A stretch of DNA of 24,000 bases, taken from positions 14,075 to 38,074 of the forward strand of contig JAZRPE010000040.1 of NCBI GenBank assembly GCA_045649085.1, given 5' to 3'. Origin of the DNA: Congzhengia sp. (lineage in GTDB: Bacteria; Bacillota; Clostridia; UBA1381; UBA9506). Below the pieces are notes generated by a model. That model was given only the letters and a program-made list of their open reading frames with translations. It searched no databases and was not told the origin of the DNA. Below, one piece after another: positions 7,742 to 14,156 of this stretch (position 1 is its first letter; each line of letters begins with the position of its first letter). The translations under genes and the position numbers were made by a program.

Positions 7742-7779
7742 TTTAGTGAGATTATATCACTAAAGTGTCTTTTTTGCAA
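7742..7779 (-). promoter_or_regulatory. Repressor-gene promoter (TTGCAA, 17 nt spacer, TGaTATAAT) overlapping a palindromic operator
   Basis: On the minus strand, ttgcaa lies at 7774-7779 and the extended -10 tgatataat at 7751-7759. The inverted repeat tttagtga (7742-7749) / tcactaaa (7757-7764) straddles the -10. Confidence 0.55.
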
Positions 7780-7830
7780 CATATATTTTCAAAAAAATAA
7801 AAAAAGTTTCTTAAAATACACAAAAAAGTA

Positions 7831-7859
7831 TTGACAAACCAAAAAAATGGTGTTATTAT
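7831..7859 (+). promoter_or_regulatory. Early rightward promoter (TTGACA, 17 nt spacer, TGtTATTAT)
   Basis: ttgaca at 7831-7836, a 17-nt spacer, and tattat at 7854-7859 with tg at 7851-7852. Confidence 0.6.
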
Positions 7860-7861
7860 GG

Positions 7862-7879
7862 AAGTGTCCTAAAAGACAC
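7862..7879. repeat. Operator-like palindrome copy 1 (aagtgtcctaaaagacac)
   Basis: An 18-bp exact repeat of the sequence at 8097-8114. The core is gtgtc-N6-gacac. It sits at the predicted +1 of the rightward promoter. Confidence 0.6.
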
Positions 7880-7900
7880 AGAGAGAAGGAAGTGATAAAA

Positions 7901-8107
7901 TTGGATAAGAAAAAATTAGAAGATGCAATGGATAAAAAGAAAATCCGCAAATCGCAAATGTGTGAATTATTAGGCATATCTCGTTCGGCGTTTTTTAGAA
8001 AATGCAACGGCACTTCTGAATTTACCTTAAGCGAGATACAACAGATGGTTGAAATTTTAGGACTAGAATCTCCTATAGGAATTTTTTTTGCTGAAAAAGT
8101 GTCCTAA
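7901..8107 (+). CDS. Cro/MOR-like small HTH protein
   Basis: KIRKSQMCELLGISRSAFFRKCNG is an HTH. The likely start is TTG 7901, 10 nt after the RBS gagaagga. The track start 7847 lies inside the promoter. The start is uncertain; ATG 7928 is the alternative. Confidence 0.65.
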   Translation: MDKKKLEDAMDKKKIRKSQMCELLGISRSAFFRKCNGTSEFTLSEIQQMVEILGLESPIGIFFAEKVS

Positions 8108-8114
8108 AAGACAC
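8097..8114. repeat. Operator-like palindrome copy 2 (aagtgtcctaaaagacac)
   Basis: An exact 18-bp copy overlapping the stop codon of the cro-like gene, 235 bp from copy 1. Confidence 0.6.
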
Positions 8115-8147
8115 CTAACGAAGTTTACATACATAAGGAGAAGAGAA

Positions 8148-8336
8148 TTGACTGGAATATTAGAAAAATGTCGCTCGATAATAATAATTTGCATTTCGAT
8201 GATTGGAATAATTTATGTTGTTGAGTATGTAGCGAAGCAGGTATTTATTGAGTGGGAAGCTCCCATCATTATAAAGATTGCAGTAGTGGTTGTAGCAATA
8301 CTAATGCTGCTGTTAATATTCCAACAAACAATGTGA
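8148..8336 (+). CDS. Small membrane protein (62 aa)
   Basis: TTG 8148 lies 7 nt after the RBS aaggag. Two hydrophobic stretches are present (SIIIICISMIGIIYVV and IIIKIAVVVVAILMLLLIF). It overlaps the convergent ORF 8269-8856 by 68 nt, so one of the two 3' ends may not be real. Confidence 0.4.
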   Translation: MTGILEKCRSIIIICISMIGIIYVVEYVAKQVFIEWEAPIIIKIAVVVVAILMLLLIFQQTM

Positions 8337-8856
8337 ACGTCAGCAATACATACTTTATAACTTTGTATAGAACAAGAGCAGAGAATTTAATAATGTATTC
8401 GGTTTTATGCATAGTATTGAAAAAATGTTTGTATCTAATGCGATAACTTGCGGACCTTACGGGGAGATTAACTCTTCTGCATAACTTGTCGTAATAGGTA
8501 TCTATATGAGTGCATGCGTTTATGTAAAGTTCTTTTCGGTAATCTTTATTAGATATGTTTTTTGACAACAAATCATGATATTCGAGCAATTCATAATGGC
8601 ATAGCATAGCGTTATCATTTATTGTTTTGCCTAATAATTCCACAAACGCAAGTATTTCATTATTTGATGGTTCGTTGTGAAATGTTGTACTTATATGGCG
8701 AAATAGAGGAAAATATACCCTTTCCAATTGGCTAATGTATACTTCAACAGATTTTCCCCGATTTTCTGAGTAAATACTGATTACGGAAACGATAATAGCT
8801 GCAATGCTGCATATCAAAGTTCCAATATCTATTGTTGATATTTCGTTTGTTGTCAT
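8269..8856 (-). CDS. Membrane protein of unknown function on the lysogeny strand (195 aa)
   Basis: The ATG at 8856 (MTTNEIST...) follows the RBS agaggat. There is an N-terminal TM (IGTLICSIAAIIVSVISIY) and C-terminal hydrophobic segments (LLTFTLFVGILTAALVLL). Its own extended -10 lies at 8886-8894. Confidence 0.65.
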   Translation of the reverse strand: MTTNEISTIDIGTLICSIAAIIVSVISIYSENRGKSVEVYISQLERVYFPLFRHISTTFHNEPSNNEILAFVELLGKTINDNAMLCHYELLEYHDLLSKNISNKDYRKELYINACTHIDTYYDKLCRRVNLPVRSASYRIRYKHFFNTMHKTEYIIKFSALVLYKVIKYVLLTFTLFVGILTAALVLLQPLLQSL

Positions 8857-8885
8857 ATGACTATATCCTCTCTTGTTTTTTGAAA

Positions 8886-8914
8886 ATTTTATCATAAAAA
8901 CAAGAAAAAAGCAA
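8886..8914 (-). promoter_or_regulatory. Extended -10 promoter (TGaTAAAAT) for 8269-8856
   Basis: On the minus strand, tgataaaat lies at 8886-8894 and ttgctt lies 17 nt upstream (8909-8914). Confidence 0.5.
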
Positions 8915-8940
8915 GAAAGCGAATGAAATCACTATACATA
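8909..8940. repeat. 32-bp divergent-promoter/leader repeat, copy 1
   Basis: aagcaagaaagcgaatgaaatcactatacata matches 9304-9335 at 29 of 32 positions. In both copies it occupies the same place between a minus-strand extended -10 and a plus-strand RBS. Confidence 0.7.
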
Positions 8941-8962
8941 TGACAAAAAGGAGGAGAACAAA

Positions 8963-9073
8963 ATGAAAAAACCTTTTTATGAGAAGAATTGGTGGATACC
9001 TTATGTTACATCTTCGGTGGCACTAATAGTTTCAATTGTTATTTTTGTATATCGAGTATTAATGACGCAATAG
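8963..9073 (+). CDS. Mini membrane protein (36 aa), below the ORF-track cutoff
   Basis: The RBS aaaggagga precedes an ATG at 8963. The product is MKKPFYEKNWWIPYVTSSVALIVSIVIFVYRVLMTQ. It resembles the mini-ORFs at 10198 and 10306. Its 3' end overlaps the convergent gene 9039-9251 by 35 nt. Confidence 0.45.
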   Translation: MKKPFYEKNWWIPYVTSSVALIVSIVIFVYRVLMTQ

Positions 9074-9251
9074 CGATACCGAGAGCAACAATGGAAATAG
9101 AAATAGGTACCCAAAATTGAATCCAGGAACGGCGAACATCTTTTTTATAGCGTTCGGCATCTGCCTGGAGCTTAGCTTGTTCCTGAAGGCGTTGTTCACG
9201 CGCACGTCCGAATTGAGCTGCCGCAAAGTAAGAACCGTCAATATTGTTCAT
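9039..9251 (-). CDS. Tail-anchored small membrane protein (70 aa)
   Basis: The RBS taggagg precedes the ATG at 9251. A charged Gln/Arg-rich helix (REQRLQEQAKLQADAERYKKD) is followed by a C-terminal TM (FWVPISISIVALGIAIASLIL). Confidence 0.6.
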   Translation of the reverse strand: MNNIDGSYFAAAQFGRAREQRLQEQAKLQADAERYKKDVRRSWIQFWVPISISIVALGIAIASLILDIQK

Positions 9252-9280
9252 AATAAACCTCCTATTAGTTGTTTTGGTTT

Positions 9281-9309
9281 ATTATATCACGATTCAGGAG
9301 TGAAAGCAA
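9281..9309 (-). promoter_or_regulatory. Extended -10 promoter (TGaTATAAT) for 9039-9251
   Basis: On the minus strand, tgatataat lies at 9281-9289 and ttgctt lies 17 nt upstream (9304-9309). Confidence 0.5.
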
Positions 9310-9335
9310 GAAAACGAACAAAATCACTATACATA
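9304..9335. repeat. 32-bp divergent-promoter/leader repeat, copy 2
   Basis: aagcaagaaaacgaacaaaatcactatacata. See copy 1 at 8909-8940. Confidence 0.7.
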
Positions 9336-9347
9336 AGGAGAAAACAG

Positions 9348-9503
9348 ATGGAAGAAAAACTATTGCAAGCATTTAACGATTTATATGACATTTCCAAAGG
9401 TGCTGCACCTGAACTGAAATTAAAAATTACAAATATGATGTTAGAGATTTATCGCACACTTAAACCTACTAACATAAATGTTGATGATTTATTAAACGGT
9501 TAG
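9348..9503 (+). CDS. Small hypothetical protein (51 aa)
   Basis: The RBS aaggaga precedes the ATG at 9348. The product is MEEKLLQAFNDLYDISKGAAPELKLKITNMMLEIYRTLKPTNINVDDLLNG. This is the in-frame 3' part of track ORF 9117-9503. Confidence 0.5.
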   Translation: MEEKLLQAFNDLYDISKGAAPELKLKITNMMLEIYRTLKPTNINVDDLLNG

Positions 9504-9658
9504 TCTAAATTTTTGATTGCATCATAAAAATCTTTTAAAACTTTTATGACATCTTTTTCTGTTAATGGATAAACAGTGTTGCCGTTACTATCTTTTATAG
9601 CCAAAAGACTGGCGGTATAAGATTTTGTTAACTCTACAGCTAATGATTTATTATCCAT
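9500..9658 (-). CDS. Small hypothetical protein (52 aa)
   Basis: The RBS ggaggtg precedes the ATG at 9658. The product is MDNKSLAVELTKSYTASLLAIKDSNGNTVYPLTEKDVIKVLKDFYDAIKNLD. An extended -10 tgatataat lies at 9705-9713 on the minus strand. Confidence 0.5.
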   Translation of the reverse strand: MDNKSLAVELTKSYTASLLAIKDSNGNTVYPLTEKDVIKVLKDFYDAIKNLD

Positions 9659-9778
9659 ATATGCACCTCCGTTCCGCGAGAGTGTCAGTTCAGGTGCAAT
9701 AAAAATTATATCATAAAGAACCACAAAAAATAAAGATTTTTTTGAAACAACAAAAATGAAACGATAAGGAGGACAGAG

Positions 9779-9955
9779 ATGATTCACATACTCGGAGCAG
9801 CACTTCTTTTAGCATTGTTTTTCTATTTTAAATGGAAAGTGCAAGCGATGGTGCTTGCAGCTTGGATAGCTGAAAAAGGAATTGCACCACCCGAACCACA
9901 AGATGTCAAGCGTCTTAGTGAATGGGTAGTGCAAAGAATGATATCGAAAAAGTAG
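9779..9955 (+). CDS. Small membrane protein (58 aa), below the ORF-track cutoff
   Basis: The RBS aaggagga precedes the ATG at 9779. The product is MIHILGAALLLALFFYFKWKVQAMVLAAWIAEKGIAPPEPQDVKRLSEWVVQRMISKK. Confidence 0.5.
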   Translation: MIHILGAALLLALFFYFKWKVQAMVLAAWIAEKGIAPPEPQDVKRLSEWVVQRMISKK

Positions 9956-9969
9956 TAAAGGAGAAAATA

Positions 9970-10161
9970 ATGGAAAAGTTAACACTTTGTATTGCTTATG
10001 CTCTTGCAGCATTACTGTTTTTTGCGATTTATTTTATTGTTAAATTCATTTCTTGCAAGATAAGCGATACAGCCAAATTGTTTTTTGAAGTATGTCAGCA
10101 ATCAATCTTGTTAAGTATGTCAGCAACGATATTAGTTAATTTGTTAATGGATTTGTTTTAA
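9970..10161 (+). CDS. Small membrane protein (63 aa)
   Basis: The RBS aaaggaga precedes the ATG at 9970. The product is MEKLTLCIAYALAALLFFAIYFIVKF... with a second hydrophobic segment near the C-terminus. Confidence 0.55.
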   Translation: MEKLTLCIAYALAALLFFAIYFIVKFISCKISDTAKLFFEVCQQSILLSMSATILVNLLMDLF

Positions 10162-10197
10162 AGTTCAAATAACTTGAACTTTGGGAAGGGAGATATT

Positions 10198-10284
10198 ATG
10201 AAAAAATTCTTTGCAAAAAATTGGATGGGAATAGTGGCGCTTATTCTATCTAGTGCTTCTTTAGTAATACGATTATTGAAATAA
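10198..10284 (+). CDS. Mini membrane protein (28 aa), below the ORF-track cutoff
   Basis: The RBS aagggaga precedes the ATG at 10198. The product MKKFFAKNWMGIVALILSSASLVIRLLK shares the MKKxFxxKNW-plus-TM pattern with the 8963 mini-ORF. Confidence 0.4.
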   Translation: MKKFFAKNWMGIVALILSSASLVIRLLK

Positions 10285-10305
10285 CAAAGGAGAGGGGGAA
10301 ATTCA

Positions 10306-10386
10306 ATGCCACCTAAACTTCCGTGGTGGGCGTGGATACCACAGTCGGTTATAGGTATAATCGCCATCATATTATCTTTAAAATGA
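10306..10386 (+). CDS. Mini membrane protein (26 aa), below the ORF-track cutoff
   Basis: The RBS aaaggagaggggg precedes the ATG at 10306. The product is MPPKLPWWAWIPQSVIGIIAIILSLK, with the same Trp-rich N-terminus plus single TM. Confidence 0.4.
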   Translation: MPPKLPWWAWIPQSVIGIIAIILSLK

Positions 10387-10403
10387 AACAAAGGAGAGCG
10401 AAT

Positions 10404-10613
10404 ATGAAAAAGAAAATCAGGACTGTAAAAATAAATCCAAGTTCTATTGAAGATGCTTTGGAAGATTTTGTGGAAGAAGATTACAGGGTGCTTTACAGAC
10501 TGCAAAAAGAAAGAGCAGAACATCTGCTGATGGTGGCGACCATAGCATTGTCAGCTCTCTCAAGTCTGATTATGAGTATTCTTGCAGCTTTTATAGTTAA
10601 GGTTATTTTGTGA
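10404..10613 (+). CDS. Small protein with C-terminal TM (69 aa)
   Basis: The RBS aaaggagag precedes the ATG at 10404, in frame within track ORF 10323-10613. The C-terminal TM is LLMVATIALSALSSLIMSILAAFIV. Confidence 0.5.
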   Translation: MKKKIRTVKINPSSIEDALEDFVEEDYRVLYRLQKERAEHLLMVATIALSALSSLIMSILAAFIVKVIL

Positions 10614-10821
10614 TTAACCAAAACAGTAAAGATGTGAGAAAACCCATAATACCACCGCCGATACAACCGAATAATTCAACCTTGTATTCGTGTCGGCGTT
10701 GTTCTTTTAACTGTTGCTTTTCTCTTTGCTCACGGCGAAATTGTTCTTCTACTTTATAGGGCAGAACACAACCGCCTGCAATACCGGAAAGCGTGTTAAT
10801 TGGTTTTGGGGGTTTATTCAT
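10603..10821 (-). CDS. Tail-anchored small membrane protein (72 aa)
   Basis: The RBS aaggaggc precedes the ATG at 10821. A charged helix REQREKQQLKEQRRHEYK is followed by a C-terminal TM GGGIMGFLTSLLFWLI. The architecture matches 9039-9251. An extended -10 tgatataat lies at 10843-10851 on the minus strand. Confidence 0.6.
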   Translation of the reverse strand: MNKPPKPINTLSGIAGGCVLPYKVEEQFRREQREKQQLKEQRRHEYKVELFGCIGGGIMGFLTSLLFWLITK

Positions 10822-10877
10822 CGTAAAGCCTCCTTCAATGCGATTATATCACACAGGAGTTTTAAAAATCAAATAAT

Positions 10878-11030
10878 CTTGCCTAATTATGTATGGTCGT
10901 CAATCGGCAGAGAGGTTTTAATTTCTTGCGTTATCATCTCCTTACAGTATGAAAGACAAAAACATTGCTTAACCGGTTCAATTTAGCAACACATCTCTAT
11001 ACTTTTGGCGGCCAGACATAATTAGGCAAG
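10878..11030. repeat. Long-range 24-bp inverted repeat pair flanking a ~105-bp segment
   Basis: The left arm cttgcctaattatgtatggtcgtc (10878-10901) pairs with the right arm gacggccagacataattaggcaag-like sequence (11007-11030). The core is 15 bp perfect and 21 of 24 positions are complementary overall; two of the three mismatches would be G-U pairs in plus-strand RNA. Confidence 0.75.
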
Positions 11031-11056
11031 GGAGCGGAATAGAAAGGAGAATAATT

Positions 11057-11257
11057 ATGCCAAGAGAAAGGGATGCATATCGAGACAATATTGAAATCAT
11101 ACGAGAAAAATTCCCGGACAAGGCAATGTTTAGACCTGGAGAGGTTTGTGAAGTAGTAGGGTTTAAAAGTATTAAAACTGTAAAGAAACTCTTCACTTTC
11201 CAAAATGGCTATATAAGCATAGCAGACTTAGCGCGACAAATGAGTTGTGCAAAATAA
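11057..11257 (+). CDS. Small putative DNA-binding protein (possibly excisionase/MerR-type HTH)
   Basis: The RBS gaaaggag precedes the ATG at 11057. The segment FRPGEVCEVVGFKSIKTVKKLF looks HTH-like. The functional call is weak. Confidence 0.5.
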   Translation: MPRERDAYRDNIEIIREKFPDKAMFRPGEVCEVVGFKSIKTVKKLFTFQNGYISIADLARQMSCAK

Positions 11258-11288
11258 AACAAAAAATACAGAAAAGGAGGTCTGAATT

Positions 11289-11432
11289 ATGCATGAGTTC
11301 AAACTAATCGTTCGTGCAACCTGGTACACGAGGGGTACATATTATTTCTACTCTCGTGAAAGGGCAGAGCACGAGAAAAAATGGTGGGAGAAACAAGGTT
11401 TTAGATGCACAATTGAGGAGGTGGAAAAATGA
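11289..11432 (+). CDS. Small hypothetical protein (47 aa), below the ORF-track cutoff
   Basis: The RBS aaaggagg precedes the ATG at 11289. The product is MHEFKLIVRATWYTRGTYYFYSRERAEHEKKWWEKQGFRCTIEEVEK. Its stop overlaps the next start in an ATGA at 11429-11432. Confidence 0.45.
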   Translation: MHEFKLIVRATWYTRGTYYFYSRERAEHEKKWWEKQGFRCTIEEVEK

Positions 11433-11668
11433 GGAGATACAGATTGGTAAACAAAGACCGATTCATAAGGTTTATTAAGATGTTGATGCTACTTGGGGCA
11501 ATTTTATTTACGGTGTTGTTCGTAAAGTTTATGGACGCACACAACGGATTAGGACCGAGAACGGTGGAATATCATACATACGAAATCACACGGCAGACAA
11601 GCTCTGAAAATCCCCGTATCAAAGTGCCTGTTGCTCGTGAAGTGGTTTACAGGTATGTATATCAGTAG
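11429..11668 (+). CDS. Hypothetical protein with N-terminal TM (79 aa)
   Basis: The RBS gaggaggtgg is present and the start is ATGA-coupled. The TM is IKMLMLLGAILFTVLFV. Confidence 0.55.
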   Translation: MRRYRLVNKDRFIRFIKMLMLLGAILFTVLFVKFMDAHNGLGPRTVEYHTYEITRQTSSENPRIKVPVAREVVYRYVYQ

Positions 11669-11680
11669 GGAGAGGGGAAA

Positions 11681-11881
11681 ATGTACAGATGCAACGAGTG
11701 CGGAAGTCTTTTTGAAGTTCCATATAAATGGACCGAAAGCTACGGACAAAGTTTTGAAGGTAGTCCCTGCTGCCATGAGAATTTTGAGGAAGTCGAATAT
11801 TGTGAGTGCGGAAATATAAAGGAACCGTACCACAAATACTGTAAACAATGTGAGGAGGGGATAGAAATTGCAAATGAGTGA
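11681..11881 (+). CDS. Small zinc-ribbon protein (66 aa)
   Basis: CNECG...CCHENF...CECG...CKQC are paired Cys motifs. The RBS is gggagagggg. Confidence 0.55.
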   Translation: MYRCNECGSLFEVPYKWTESYGQSFEGSPCCHENFEEVEYCECGNIKEPYHKYCKQCEEGIEIANE

Positions 11882-12203
11882 GTTCGAGATACTGCGTGAT
11901 TACCGACAGGCAAAGAACAAAGTAGATCAGGTGCAGATACTTGCTGATATGAATCTTTGTACCAAAAAGGAGATGACCGCATATCTGAAGAAACAGGGGG
12001 AAGAAGTAGCAGCTAACGATACCCGTAATGAAAGATGGGAGGCTATTCACCGTATGTATGGTCAGGGAATGTACGATGAAGAGATTGCAGAAATATTAGG
12101 CATGAAAGCATCTTCAGTCGGGCAGATAAGAATTAAATTAGGCTTGAAAAAACACAAAAAGAAAAGAAAGCCTGCGGGAACAGACTTTCTTCTCAAAACT
12201 TAA
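11868..12203 (+). CDS. Putative DNA-binding protein with C-terminal sigma-r4/LuxR-like HTH
   Basis: YDEEIAEILGMKASSVGQIRIKLGL is HTH-like and is followed by a basic tail KKHKKKRK. The start is TTG 11868 or ATG 11874. Confidence 0.55.
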   Translation: MQMSEFEILRDYRQAKNKVDQVQILADMNLCTKKEMTAYLKKQGEEVAANDTRNERWEAIHRMYGQGMYDEEIAEILGMKASSVGQIRIKLGLKKHKKKRKPAGTDFLLKT

Positions 12204-12304
12204 TTAAAAAAAAGGATTTGTCAAATAACATTCATTTAGCATGTTAGGAAAGTTGACACCTATGTTATACCACAAAAAAATCAAAAAATCAAGAGGTAAT
12301 AACT

Positions 12305-13216
12305 ATGTACGACAATATATGTAAAGAATGCGGTGCATATTTAGATGCGGGCGAAACTTGCGATTGCCAGTTGAAACCAAAGGAAGAAATCGCATCAGAA
12401 GAAGCTCCACAGGAAGAAACGACTATTATAAGTCTTGTGCAGTTGCCTATTATAGAAGAGCGACTGCAGATGATTAAGGCAGATATTGAAAATCGTGTAG
12501 AAGTGGCATTAAGCCTTGCTTGTACAGAAGACACGGTAAAAAGTGTAAAAAACGAGCGTTCAAAACTAAATGCCGAGCTCAGTGAATTTGAAAATCAGCG
12601 TAAGCAGATTAAAGAGGCTATTATGCTTCCGTACAATCAGTTTGAGGAAAAGTACAAAGAGTGTATATCTAACATATACAAGAGTGCGGATGCTCAACTA
12701 AAAGAAAAGATTGCTAGTGTAGAAGATGAAATTAAAACATCTAAAGAAATGGAAATAGAGGCATACTTTAACGAATATGCAGAGTCGGTTGATATTGATT
12801 TTGTGAAATTTTCTATGGCAAACATCAATATAACGTTATCGGCCAGTCTTAAAAGCTTGAAAAAACAGTGCGCCGATTTCTTGGACAAGGTTGTAAACGA
12901 AGTAAGACTTATCAAAACGCAAGAGTATTGTGACGAAATAATGTATGAATACAAAAAGTCGCTTAATCTTGCTAAAAGCATAACCGATGTTTGTGAGCGA
13001 CATAAAGCTATGGACCAGGCAAAGGCTGATGCAACTACAAAAGCCGAAAGAGAACAGGCTATGTCAAATGCGGTACATAAGGTCGAAGAACTTGCACCGC
13101 CAAAGGAAGTGGAAGACGACCCAACTTTAACACTTGCATTTAAGGTAACTGCTCCAAAGAGCAAGTTAAGGGAATTAAAAGAATTTTTAGTAAAAGGTGG
13201 TTATGACTATGAGTAA
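12305..13216 (+). CDS. Coiled-coil phage protein with N-terminal zinc ribbon (DUF1351-like, usual neighbour of RecT)
   Basis: The N-terminus carries CKECG...CDC. The rest is long and Glu/Lys-rich and helical. The gene sits immediately upstream of RecT, as in many Firmicute siphophages. The family assignment is from memory and has not been searched. Confidence 0.6.
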   Translation: MYDNICKECGAYLDAGETCDCQLKPKEEIASEEAPQEETTIISLVQLPIIEERLQMIKADIENRVEVALSLACTEDTVKSVKNERSKLNAELSEFENQRKQIKEAIMLPYNQFEEKYKECISNIYKSADAQLKEKIASVEDEIKTSKEMEIEAYFNEYAESVDIDFVKFSMANINITLSASLKSLKKQCADFLDKVVNEVRLIKTQEYCDEIMYEYKKSLNLAKSITDVCERHKAMDQAKADATTKAEREQAMSNAVHKVEELAPPKEVEDDPTLTLAFKVTAPKSKLRELKEFLVKGGYDYE

Positions 13217-14156
13217 TATTCAGACAGCACAGAAACCGAGATTTGATGTGATGATAACACAATCTAAGTTTCAAAAGGCTATTAACAACACATTGCAAGA
13301 CCCAAACAGGGCAAGGAGTTTTACATCGTCAATTATTTCTGCAGTATCAACTAATCCTTCGTTGCAAGAATGTGATACAGGAACAATTGTTAATGCTGCA
13401 CTCCTGGGCGAGAGCTTAAATCTTTCTCCTTCGCCTCAGCTTGGTCAGTATTATTTAGTACCTTTCAATGATAAAAAACGTGATTGTAAGGTTGCACAGT
13501 TCCAATTAGGATATAAAGGTTATCTGCAACTTGCAATGCGCTCAGGACATTACAGAAAAATAAATGTTCTCTCAATCAAGGAAGGCGAACTTATAAAGTA
13601 TGACCCGTTGGAAGAAGAAATACAGGTTAACCTGATAGAAGATGAAGAGCAAAGGGAAAAAGCAAATACCATTGGGTATTATGCAATGTTTGAATATCAC
13701 AACGGATTTAGAAAGGCTCTTTATTGGTCCAAAAAGAAAATGATGTGCCATGCAGATAAATATTCACAGGCGTTTTCATTAAATGGCAGCACATTTAAAA
13801 GCAACGGAAAAACCATTACAAAGGTTTCTTTTGAAGAGTTTGAAAAGGGAAATTATCCGCCGGAAGATGCTTGGTTATATTCTTCTTTTTGGTATAAGGA
13901 CTTTGATGGAATGGCATATAAAACAATGCTCCGTCAGCTCATATCTAAATGGGGAATAATGTCCGTAGATTTACAAGAAGCATTTGTCAAGGATATGGGC
14001 GTTATTAATGATGATAGCACAGTTGAATATATAGAAAATCCTTCTTCTGATGATGAAGTGATTATTCCACAAGAAGAGCCAACTGTTGTTGAGACAAAGG
14101 ATGGACTTGCTGATGCTCCTGATGAAGCACCGTCTGTTTCTCTTGATGATATATGA
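13203..14156 (+). CDS. recT: RecT-family single-strand annealing protein
   Basis: SIISAVSTNPSLQECDTGTIVNAALLGESLNLSPSPQLGQYYLVPF...QFQLGYKGYLQLAMRSG is the RecT core pattern. The start is ATG 13203 or 13209, after the RBS aaaggtgg. Confidence 0.9.
   Translation: MTMSNIQTAQKPRFDVMITQSKFQKAINNTLQDPNRARSFTSSIISAVSTNPSLQECDTGTIVNAALLGESLNLSPSPQLGQYYLVPFNDKKRDCKVAQFQLGYKGYLQLAMRSGHYRKINVLSIKEGELIKYDPLEEEIQVNLIEDEEQREKANTIGYYAMFEYHNGFRKALYWSKKKMMCHADKYSQAFSLNGSTFKSNGKTITKVSFEEFEKGNYPPEDAWLYSSFWYKDFDGMAYKTMLRQLISKWGIMSVDLQEAFVKDMGVINDDSTVEYIENPSSDDEVIIPQEEPTVVETKDGLADAPDEAPSVSLDDI

Noticed and set aside
8252-8446. The plus-strand 64-aa ORF
   Set aside because: It has no RBS and lies antisense to the 3' part of the membrane-protein gene 8269-8856.
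9059-9503. ORF 9059-9241 (-) and the long form of ORF 9117-9503 (+)
   Set aside because: 9059-9241 is an alternative frame of the RBS-supported gene 9039-9251. Only the 3' part of the plus ORF (from ATG 9348) has an RBS and does not overlap the promoter region.
10714-11203. ORFs 10714-10986 (+), 10978-11196 (-) and 10997-11203 (-)
   Set aside because: They have no RBS. They run across the inverted-repeat region or antisense to the RBS-supported gene 11057-11257. The shared NYVW peptide simply reflects the inverted repeat.
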